Part shown: piece after piece, positions 1 through 11,045 of the stretch | Numbering within the stretch: position 1 is the first letter of the stretch | Layout of the letters: each line of letters starts with the position of its first letter | Assembly: GCA_040954595.2 (NCBI GenBank) | Contig: CM082583.2 | Span: 2,985,060-3,049,059 of the forward strand | DNA length: 64,000 nucleotides | DNA from: Balanoglossus misakiensis | Taxonomy: Eukaryota; Animalia; Hemichordata | Reading direction: 5' to 3' | The notes under the pieces: model-generated | Database searches by the model: none | Told to the model about the DNA's origin: nothing | The model's input: the letters and a program-made list of their open reading frames with translations, nothing else | Position numbers and translations under genes: made by a program

Positions 1-478
1 GCAGAATTTCATTACTTCCTTCAGTCTTATCAACACTTTGATTTTCAGTCTCAAATATCTCATTGTTGACTTTTGTACTTTCATTTTCTCTGTCACTTTT
101 TCTGATTTTATCCATATTCCTGTTTTTAGAGAGGGCAGGCCCCTCTTTGAATTCATTTCTATTCCTGTTTTTAGAGAGGGCAGGCCCCTCTTTGTATTCA
201 TTTCTATTCCTGTTTTTAGAGAGGGCAGGCCCCTCTTTGTATTCATTTCTATTCCTGTTTTTAGAGAGGGCAGGCCCCTCTTTGAATTCATTTCTATTCC
301 TGTTTTTAGAGAGGGCAGGCCCCTCTTTGTATTCATTTCTATTCCTGTTTTTAGAGAGGGCAGGCCCCTCTTTGTGCTCTATAGCTATCCTGTTTTTCAA
401 GAGGACAGGATCCTCAGACACAACAGTATCTTCATTCTTCTGACTCCTCTTCTTCCTCCAGTATCTACTGCGTGGCAT
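1..478 (-). CDS. First coding exon (3' end off-window) of a basic/charged protein with six 15-aa tandem repeats; candidate N-terminus of the Helentron-encoded protein
   Basis: Minus strand: polypyrimidine tract plus acceptor (tttgctttgttccAG, AG at 480-479) directly followed by ATG at 478. The frame is open for 159 codons to the window edge: MPRSRYWRKKRSQKNEDTVVSEDPVLLKNRIAIEHKEGPALS(KNRNRNE[Y/F]KEGPALS)x5 KNRNMDKIRKSDRENESTKVNNEIFETENQSVDKTEGSNEIL. It is absent from the ORF track because there is no stop codon in the window. Confidence 0.7.
   Translation of the reverse strand, partial: MPRSRYWRKKRSQKNEDTVVSEDPVLLKNRIAIEHKEGPALSKNRNRNEYKEGPALSKNRNRNEFKEGPALSKNRNRNEYKEGPALSKNRNRNEYKEGPALSKNRNRNEFKEGPALSKNRNMDKIRKSDRENESTKVNNEIFETENQSVDKTEGSNEIL
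113..395. repeat. 45-bp minisatellite, 6 copies (coding on the minus strand)
   Basis: GAGGGCAGGCCCCTCTTTG core at 131, 176, 221, 266, 311 and 356 (exact 45-bp period). Confidence 0.95.
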
Positions 479-867
479 CTGGAACAAAGCAAATATACTG
501 TCTAGTTAGGTTTTTACTATCCTTTCACCACCAGACTTCGGATAACCTTCTCATCAAATCACATCACTAGTGATTATAACCAGTAAAAAGCAGTGGAACT
601 TTTAACAGACAGAAGTGATTTATAGAAACTAAGTCCGAACAAGGTTGTAATTCAACAGCAACACATAATACACACATATCCCCATGCCTGTATACAAATA
701 GACACATATACACACAAAGTATCACAGACACACTTTTTTTCTGCTGGAACACAGGATAAGGCTTAAATCCTAACCCCTGTATGACTTAACATTCTGGCAT
801 TCACATTAGAATGTGCTCAGACAAATCTCAGATCTGAGTGAAATTTTCTTTAAAAATAATTTCCACT

Positions 868-1628
868 ATTTAGCAATATCAAGTCCAAGTACGATAGGCA
901 TACATGTATGAATTTGCACAGACATAAACAAATACACGGACACCCCAACATCCACCATGTACAACCAAATAAGGCTTCAGACCTGACCCTGAATGACCCG
1001 ACATTTTCCCATTTACGTTGCAATGTACTCAGCCAAATCTGAATAAAATTTCACTTCAAAACCATTTCCACCAGTTAGCAATATCAAGTCCAAGTCTGAT
1101 AGGCATACATGTATGAATTTGCACACACATAAACAAATACACGGACACCAAAACATCCACCGTGTACAACCAAATAAGGCTTCAGACCTGACCCTGAATG
1201 ACCCGACATTTTCCCATTTACGTTGCAATGTACTCAGACAAATGTGAATAAAATTTCACTTCAAAACCATTTCTACCAGTTAGCAATATCAAGTCCAAGT
1301 ACGATAGGCATACATGTATGAATTTGCACACACATAAACAAATACACGGACACCCCAACATCCACCGTGTGCAACCAAATAAGGCTTCAGACCTGACCCT
1401 GAATGACCCGACATTTTCCCATTTACGTTGCAATGTACTCAGCCAAATCTGAATAAAATTTCACTTCAAAACCATTTCCACCAACTAGCAATATCAAGTC
1501 CAAGTACGATAGGCATACATGTATGAATTTGCACACACATAAACAAATACACGGACACCCCAACATCCACCATGTACAACCAAATAAGGCTTCAGACCTG
1601 ACCCTGAATGACCCGACATTTTCTCATT
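868..1628. repeat. 205-bp tandem repeat, ~3.7 near-identical copies
   Basis: TAGCAATATCAAGTCCAAGT recurs at ~871, 1076, 1281 and 1486. The near-identical spurious ORFs 1013-1228 and 1218-1433 are offset by 205. Confidence 0.95.
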
Positions 1629-3330
1629 TTCATTATGCACTCATACGAATCACAAACGATTGTTATAGACCTGATTTACACTTAACAATTTAATATACAA
1701 GTTCAATAACAAGGCAGGGATATCAAGAAACATACATCATACCAATGTTTTATTGAAGCCACTGTTGTAAGAAACGGCACTATCCAATGGTCTTAACACC
1801 ACATAGCACAATGATTGTTCTGCACATACAAGTCCCTTCCTTTCTGATGTATTCAATAAACACCATTTCTATGAACTATTCTAATATGTTTTTGTTCCAT
1901 CACCCCTGAATAACAAATTCAAAGAAATGGGCTAGTGCTTTTACATGTTAACAGACGGTGCATGGAAGTGGACAATCATCCTATCTGATATTAAACCACA
2001 GTGTGACTGATAGTAGAACTAAGCAATTTCTCCGCAAATGATTTAAAAGGCTAATTCACATTTGACACAATGCACACCTGAGTGTTAATCTATGATAATA
2101 TGCACTGTTGTGCACCAACACTCACCTTGAAAACTCTTTGGTAGCCAAAATCTGTCAAGAAAATAATAAATAATAATTAATAACTAATTAACTATAAATG
2201 TATATTTAAACTAGTACATGAAAATATACAATTGCCTACAAACAGGATAACAATTAACAATGAATTCACTGCCAAGCTTGTGATATTCAGAAATTCATAT
2301 CTTGATCACAGTTTCCATACAAATGGCACATACAGGTTACCACAGATTGATAACATAACTTGTCTTGCCCACAACATAGTTTCATGGCATCAAAATATGT
2401 TTACAAGTCAACTGTTCTTTTCATGCTCCTGCCAGATTCCATTGACTATGTTTTGGCACACCTGTCACCACCAGAAAGCATACACACTAAAGACAGTGGT
2501 CACCAAAAATATTTGGCCAATTCTCCGCTTGTCCCCACTTTTTTACAAACAACTAAAACGTCAAATAATCCAGCAATGTTTCTGTTTTGTACTCACACAG
2601 ATTGTTCAATATTTGAAGCAAAATTCCTTTCAATTATCAAAAAACAAATCGATTTAACTGATAAAAATTACAATGATAACCCCTGGGCTTTTGATCACAT
2701 AAACATACAATATTCACAGAAATAAATGCAGTATTTACGTATTTGGAAAAGCCAATCCATAAATATCACACAGTTTATTTATTTTTTACAAATACACATC
2801 CCAGAAATAATACTTTACCAACGCTTGTACGTAACATACGCATGGCACACCGATCGCCCGAATTCAACACTTCCGGTCACGAGATTCGCTTGCCTAAACC
2901 CTTTCCAGTCTAAATAATCATTTGTACATTGACTGAAAAAGAAGCTTATCTCGTAATTTCAACTTGAATGGAACGCACTAGAAACTCTGATTTACCCAGC
3001 CTCTAATTGTTCTATTTAATCCAGCAAACTCCACCATCTCAACATATATAACATTTGCCAAAACATGCATGCTTACGGTACCATGGATTCTTTACATACA
3101 GTAAGCAATCTCGACACGTTACGATAGCCGCCATATTGGAATTCGCTCGAGACGAAAATACAAAACATCTTACAAAACTGCCATCGTCTCACAAACAGAC
3201 AAAATCACACTACCATTGGTTAAACAACAACTTCATAACCAACATCACCAAGTATAATACGTTCAAACAACCGATTCTCTCATTCGTACCACATTTAAAA
3301 ACTGCATGTAATTGTATACGTGTTACTCAC

Positions 3331-3420
3331 CGGATTCAGGTCAACGCCTCTGCTGGAGTCAGATTCGTTTTCGGATTCAAGTGCGTAGGATGAAGTTGCT
3401 TTCAGATTCATACCCCATAG
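3331..3420 (-). other. Candidate non-coding 5' exon of the minus-strand ORF at 1-478
   Basis: Strong minus-strand donor CG|GTGAGTAA (plus strand ttactcac at 3323-3330) at the end of a locally GC-richer segment. The 5' boundary is uncertain. Confidence 0.35.
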
Positions 3421-3732
3421 ACGTGTTGGGTTAACACTCTGTTTATACAGCTCAATATATTGGTATATCTATACTACATCCTCTTCACAGTTAACGAATG
3501 TAATATACAGATCTGTTCACTTAAATAAAGATATGTTTATAGCCAAACAAATACCTCTGTCAAAACTTTCACTGATTCAGATGAAAATTTTCAACTATTT
3601 ACAACCAATCCACACATCACTTGTGACTAATTAACCAATCACATAATGTGTCCATTCTAACTTTGTATTTCGCCCTCAACTACTGCATGTGTAATGATGC
3701 ATGTGGATTAGTGTGTAATCATAATGTTTTGT

Positions 3733-6700
3733 AGTCTACCTTCTGCCCATCATTTTTGTAATTGGACATTATGATGTCCATGTTCCAGTTTTTTTGCCAC
3801 AATTTTTACTAAGTTTGCCAAGAACATGTGATTGGTCGAAGATTATGGCGGCCATATTGGATTTTCGAAAAACCATAGTAAAACTCCAACAATCTTCTCC
3901 AGAACTGGCGATAACTGAGTCGCAAGATTCGGGGAGTGTGGTCATTACACTGATGTCTATCAGGTTTGCAAAGAGCATTGTGATTGGTCGAAAAATATGG
4001 CGGCCATATTGGATTTTGTAAAAAGCAGTGAAAAATTGAAATTCCTTTTTCTAGTCTAAACATTGATAGCATGCAAATTCTTTTTATGGATATCAATCGT
4101 CATATGACTAAAATATGTTACAAATTTTTGGCGATTTTTCACCTGACCTTTGACCTACTTTTCACACATTATTATTTCTGCATATCTATTTCCAGGCTAA
4201 CCTATAGGGATGCATATATAGCTCATTCTACCTGTTCTAAATGTACCAGAGTTCTGATTTTTGTGCACATTGGTATCACCCCTGCCAGGACCTACCCCAA
4301 ATATTTTGGTAATTTTGGCAATGACCTTTGACCGTGACATGGCGGCCATATTGTTTTTTCTGAAAAAATGCAAATCTCAGATCTCAGAAACTACAAGTCA
4401 GATTTACTTCAGATTTGGTGTGCTGGTAGTTTACCTTCTGCCCATCATTTTTGAAATAGGATATTTTGCTTTCAATGTTGCAGTTTTTTTGCTACAGTTG
4501 TTTTTCTGAAATCTGGTCAAAATTTCAAAAATCTTCTTCTCCAGAACCGGCAATAACCGAGTCACGCGGTTTGGGGTATGTGGTCACCAAACTGAGGTCT
4601 ATCAAGTTTGCGAAGATCATTGTGATTGGTCGAAGATTATGGCGGCCATATTGGATTTTCGAAAAACCCTAGTAAAATTTCAAAAATCTTCTTCTCAAGA
4701 ACCGGCGATAACTGAGTCACAAGATTTGGTGTGTGTGGTCATTAAACAGATGTCTATCAAATTTGCGAAGGAGAATGTGATTGGTCGAAGATTATGGCGG
4801 CCATATTGGATTTTGTGAAAAACAATTAAAAAGTAAAAATTCCCTTTCTAGCCTAAAAATTGATAGCACAGAAATTCTTTTTATGGATATGAATCATCAT
4901 ATGCCAAGAATAAGCTGTAAATATTTTGGTAATTTTGGCAATGACCTTTGACCTACTTATCATGCATTATTATTTCTGCATATCTAATTCCTGTCTAACC
5001 AATAGGGCTATAAGTTTGGTTTTAGATGTATGTGGATTTGTATGTGATCAACAAATTTTGCTACTTTTCATGACCCCTTTGACCTCTGCTGACCTCATTA
5101 AATATGCACATACCTAATTACAGATGAACCAATAGACCTAGAGGTTTTGTTTTTGTTATACATGGACCACTACGGGTCAAAATTTTCTACCCAAATTTTG
5201 GGTGACCTCAGATGACCTTTGACCTACTTTTGCATATCTCAGCATCCAAAGCAGGTACAACCTTGGCGTTTGGAGGTATGGGGCCATAATGAAAAGCCAA
5301 AGTTGTGGGGTCACCTGTGACACCTGCTTTACGCATTATTTATGTGCATACCTAATTCCGGGTTAACCAAAAGGGCTAGAGGTCTGGTTTTTGTTGGACA
5401 TTGACCACTATGGGTCAAAATATTCTGCCCAAATTGTGGGTGACCCCTGGGTGACCTTTGACCTACTTAACACTATATCAGCACCAAACATAGATATAAC
5501 CTTGATATTTCATGGGATAAAACACTGCATTACGTTTCTACTCATTATTTATGTGCATATCTAATAATCAGATCAGATAATAGAGCTTGGGCCCGGACAA
5601 TGCTGCTTGCAGCTTTAATTCTTTCTTTCTTTTTTCTTGTGTCAATTTCTTCGGCCAACGAGATCTCTGAAACTACTGCAGGTACACTTCTCAAACTTGC
5701 TACAGTGGTCAAGGTCAATGAGTAGATGTGCAGTGACTTGTGAATAATTAATTAGTCACGTGACCTGGCGGCCATATTGGATTTTCTGAAAAAATTCAAA
5801 TCTCAGATCTCAGAAACTACAAGTCAGATCGACTTCAAATTTGGCATGAAGGTAGACTACCTTCTACCCATCATTTTTGTAATTGGAAATTTTGCTGTCA
5901 ATGTTGCAGTTTTTTTGCTACAATTTTTTTTCTGAAATCTGGCTTAAATTTCAAAAATCTTCTTCTCCAGAACCAGTGATAACCGAGACACGGGGTTTGG
6001 GGTATGTGGTCACCTAACTGATGTCTATCAAGTTTGCGAAGATCATTGTGATTGGTCGAAGATTATGGCGGCCATATTGGATTTTAGAAAAACCATAGTT
6101 AAACTCCAAAAATCTTCTTCTCCAGAACGGGCGATGACTGAGTCGCAAGATTCGGGGAGTATGGTCACTACACTGATGTCTATCAAGTTTGCAAAGAGCA
6201 TTGTGATTGGTCGAAGATTATGGCGGCCATATTGGATTTTGTAAAAAGCAGTGAAAAATTGAAATTCCTTTTTCTAGTCTAAAAATTGATAGCATACAAA
6301 TTCTTTTCATGGATATCAATCGTCATGTGACTAAAATATGTTACAATTTTTCGGCGATTTTTCACATGACCTTTGACCTACTTATCACGCGTTAGTATTT
6401 CTGCATATCTAATTCCAGGCTAACCTATAGGGCTAGACGTTTGGTTTTTGATGAATGTGGATTAGTGTGTGATCAAAATATTTTGCTACTTTTCATGACC
6501 CCTTTGACCTCTGCTGACCTCATTAATTATGTGCATAGCTAATTACAGGCGAACCAATAGAGCTAGAGGTTTGGTTTTTGTTGGACACAGACCAGTATGA
6601 GATCAAAAATTTTTGCCCAAATGTTGCGTGACCTCTGGTGACCTTTGACCTACTTTCGCATATCTCAGCATCCAGAGCAGATACAGCCATGGCATTTGGT

Positions 6701-9700
6701 AGGATGGGACCGAAATGTAAAGCCACATTTTTGAGTCACCTGTGACACCTGCTGACCTCATTAAATATGCACATACCTAATTACAGGCGAACCAATAGAG
6801 CTAGAGTTTTGTTTTTTGTTGGACATGGACCAGTGTGGGATCAAAATTTTTTGCCCAAATGTTGCGTGACCTCTGGTGACCTTTGACCTACTTCACCCTA
6901 TTTCAGCAGCAAAAATACACACATCCTTGTTATGTCATCAGATAATACATACGATAGAAAATTCTGTTTTTTCTCATTCATACTGTGCATATATAATTCA
7001 AGATCAGCGCTTGGGCCCGACAATGCTGCTTGCAGCTTTAATTCTTTCTTTATTCTTGGTTCACTTCTTTGTCGCTCTAGATCTCAGACACCACTGCAGG
7101 TACAGTTTTCAAACTTGCTACAGTGGTCAAGGTCAATGAGTAGTCATGCATTGAACCCTTGAATTTTTAATTAGTCACGTGACCTGGCGGCCATATTGGA
7201 TTTTCTGAAAAAATGCAAATCTCAGATCTCAGAAACTACAAGTCAGATCAACTTCAAATTTGGTGTGCAGGTAGTCTACCTTCTACCCATCATTTTTGTA
7301 ATTGGATATTTTGCTGTAAATGTTGCAGTTTTTTTGCTACAATTTTTTTTCTGAAATCTGGCTTAAATTTCAAAAATCTTCTTCTCCAGAACCGGTGATA
7401 ACCGAGTGACGCGGTTTGGGGTATGTGGTCACCTAACTGATGTCTATCAAGTTTGATAAGAAGCATTGTGATTGGTCGAAGATTATGGCGGCCATATTGG
7501 ATTTTCGAAAAACGATAGTAAAACTGCAAAAATCTTCTTCTCCAGAACGGGCGATAACTGAGTCGCAAGATTCGGGGAGTATGGTCACAACAATGATGTC
7601 TATCAAGTTTGCAAAGAGCATTGTGATTGGTCGAAGATTATGGCGGCCATATTGGATTTTGTAAAAAGCAGTGAAAAATTGAAATTCCTTTTCCTAGTCT
7701 AAAAATTGACAGCATACAAATTCTTTTCATGGATATCAATCGCCATATGACTAAAACATGTTACAAATTTTTGGCGATTTTTCACATGACCTTTGACCTA
7801 CTTATCACGCGTTATTATTTCTGCATATCTAATTCCAGGCTAACCTATAGGGCTAGACTTTTAGTTTTTGATGCATGTGGATTAGTGTGTGATCAAAATA
7901 TTTTGCTACTTTTCATGACCCCTTTGACCTCTGCTGACCTCATTAATTATGTGCATAGCTAATTACAGGCGAACCAATAGAGCTAGAGGTTTGGTTTTTG
8001 TTGGACATGTACCAGTATGGGATCAAAATTTTTTTCCCAAATTTTGGGTGACCTCGGGTGACCTTTGACCTACTTTCGCATATCTCAGCATCCAGAGCAG
8101 ATACAGCCATGGCATTTGGCAGGATGGGACCAAAATGTAAAGCCTCATTTTTGGGTCACCTGTGACACCTGCTGACCTCATTAAATATGCACATACCTAA
8201 TTACAGCCGAACCAATAGAGCTAGAGTTTTGGTTTTTTGTTGGACATGGACCAGTATGGGTCAAAAAAATTTGCCCAAATGTTAGGTGACCTCAGGTGAC
8301 CTTTGACCTACTTCACCCTATTTCAGCAGCAAAAATACACACGTCCTTGTTATGTCATGAGATAATACACCCGATAGAAAATTCTGTTTCTTCTCATTCA
8401 TACTGTGCATATATAATTCGAGATCAGCGCTTGGGCCCGACAATGCTGCTTGCAGCTTTAATTCTTTCTTTATTCTTATGTCAATCTTTGCTCTCCTAGA
8501 TCTCTGAAACGGCTACAGGTACACTTCTCAAACTTGCTACAGTGGTCAAGGTCAATGAGTAGATGTGCAGTGGCTTGTGAATATTTAATTAGTCACGTGA
8601 CCTGGCGGCCATATTGGATTTTCTGAAAATCTTTAAATGGCTTCTTCTCAAAAACCACAGGGCCAATCAAGTTCAAATTTGGTGTATGGTACACATGTCC
8701 TCTGCCCTTCAAAGTTTGACAATAAAATCCTGAGCGGTCATGTGACTTTGGCCGCCATATTGGATTTTCGAAAAAGTACAGTAAAATCTTCAAAAATCTT
8801 CTTCTCCAGAACCGGCAATAACCGAGTCATGGGATTTAGGGTATGACATCACCTAACTGATGTCTATCAAGTTTGCGAAGAGCGTTGTGATTGGTCGAAG
8901 ATTATGGCGGCCATATTGGATTTTGTAAAAACCAGCGAAAATTAAGAAATCATTTTTCTAGTCTAAAAATAGATAGCATACAAATTCTTTTTATGGATAT
9001 GAGTCGTGATATGACTAGAATATGTTGCAAATATTTTGGAAATTTTCACATGACCTTTGACCTACTTTTTTAAGAACCTGCATATATGCATATATAGCTC
9101 ATACTACGTGTTCTAAATGTACCAGAGTTCTGATTTTTGTGCACATTGGTATCATCCCTGCCAGGACCTACCCCAAATATTTTGGTAATTTTGGCAATGA
9201 CCTTTGACCTACTTTTGACACATCGTTTTTTTCTGCATATCTAATTCCAGGCTAACCTATAGGGCTATGATTTTGGTTTTTGATGTATGTGGATTTGTAT
9301 GTGATCAAAAAATTTCACTACTTATCATGACCCCTTTGACCTCTGCTGACCTCATTAAATATGCGCATACCTAATTACAGATGAACCAATAGACCTAGAG
9401 GTTTGGTTTTTGTTGGACATGAACCAGTATTGGGTCAAATTTTTTTGCCCAAATGTTGGGTGACCTTGGATGACCTTTGACCTACTTTTGCATATCTCGA
9501 CATCCACAGCAGATACAGCCTTGGCGTTTGGAGGTATGGGGCCATAATGAAAAGCCAAAGTTTTGGGTCACCTGTGACACCTGCTTAACTCATTATTTAT
9601 GTGCATACCTAATTTCGGGCTAACCAAAAGGGCTAGAGATCTGGTTTTTGTTGGACATGGACCACTATGGGTCAAAATTTTCTGCCCAAATTGTGGGTGA

Positions 9701-9877
9701 CCTCTGGGTGACCTTTGACCTACTTAACACTATATCAACACCAAACATAGATATAACCTTGATATTTCATGGGATAAAACACAGCATTATGTTCCTACTC
9801 ATTAATTATGTGCATATCTAATAATCAGATCAGATAATAGAGCTTGGGCCCGGACAATGCTGCTTGCAGCTTTAATT
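3733..9877 (-). mobile_element. Helentron/Helitron2 (HINE/pearl-like) terminal region present as a ~1.42-kb x4 tandem array
   Basis: Four copies of GCTTGGGCCC(G)GACAAT-GCTGC-TT-GCAGC-TTTAATT (sub-terminal repeat, 5-bp hairpin, T-rich end), with hairpins at 5602, 7025, 8445 and 9859. Internal 155-bp core repeats (AAGATTATGGCGGCCATATTGGATTTT) and TGACCTTTGACC motifs are typical of Helentron-associated elements. Confidence 0.8.
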
Positions 9878-10879
9878 TTAATTAGTATTATATTGTTACT
9901 GTAACCACTGGACTGCATCAATTTCAAATGTTCGCTATGTGAATATAATTGGCGTGTCTCAACATGTATAGGTTTGTAAAACACAATGATGTCGACCCTA
10001 CCATGACGTGAAACATTAAAGAAATTTAACGTGTCCAATAGGAATATAGCTTTGGACCGGCCCCTAGGAAAAATGCATGTTTGATAGAAAAACTGTACAA
10101 GCTGTTGTTATCAAGAATACGGGTGACATCTTGGAAATTATACACAGATATTCAATTGGTCAGTGACCATATATCAATTACCATATTTTCAGTTATTGCA
10201 TAAGAATGAACAAATACATGTCCATGCAGAATTTGAATTTAGTTTGAGGTTTGTCACCCAACGTTCATATACAAGCTTAAACGCGATGCGATGACGCACC
10301 TGCTTGATTTGACTGTAAGCCTACAGCCCATTCTGTTCATAATTTCTATTTCCCAATTCCCATAGACTTGGACACAGTGTGGTTGCTTTTTGCCAGCCAT
10401 TGTAATTCTCTTCCTCCAAATGTTTTAAATATGAGTCAGTATTTTTCTGTATCTGAGGTAAGTTGTCGAAATCCTTCAGCAAAACGAAAAGGTCTGAACC
10501 CCAAACCAGAACCGCTACACTTGCACTTCCATGCAAAGAAAAACTAACATTTTATTTATTAGTTGTTTGTTTGTTTGTTTGTTATTGGCTGGCTGATTGA
10601 TCGATTAGCCGACTGGCTTCAATAATTGTAGCCTTGGTGGGCTGGTTGGATGGTTGAATCGCGCTTGCCAACCAGCCAGCCCACCAAGGCTACAATTATT
10701 GCAGCTAGCTGGATGTATATTAGTGTTTGTTCTATAAGGCCAAAAAATAATATGTGCTGTTCCGATTACATCGTTTTCAAAAATAGGGTAGGTAGGTAGG
10801 GAAATGTTTTTATTTTGCATTTTTGGGGGCTGCCGTAGTGTAGAAGAATGACGTCATAGTTCTCTCGTGATTCGCGCAG

Positions 10880-11045
10880 ATTCGATGAGAGCACTAGTAT
10901 ACCAAGCTTTTCGATGAGACTATTTTCGATACAAGTTACCAGTAATCAGATTGCAACACTACTCGCCGTTTTTCGAAATTACCCATTCTGTTTTCATCGA
11001 AAAGCTTGGTGCTCTCATCGAAAAACTTGATGCTCTCATCGAAAC
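10880..11045. mobile_element. Degenerate inverted-repeat (MITE-like) element
   Basis: ACCAAGCTTTTCGATGAG (10901-10918) is inverted to TTCATCGAAAAGCTTGGT (10993-11010), with ~21-bp subrepeats of CTCTCATCGAAA. Confidence 0.5.

Noticed and set aside
113-395. CRISPR-like array (short repeats with dyad symmetry)
   Set aside because: No unique spacers: the whole 45-bp unit repeats. The context is eukaryotic and there are no cas genes.
38-505. Plus-strand ORFs 38-505 and 63-443
   Set aside because: Low-complexity antisense shadows of the minisatellite; the minus frame has the splice and start signals.
3769-9558. Many short repeated ORFs (e.g. KIMAAILDFRK, MTFDLL)
   Set aside because: Chance translations of the non-coding Helentron repeat motifs; frames are not preserved between copies.
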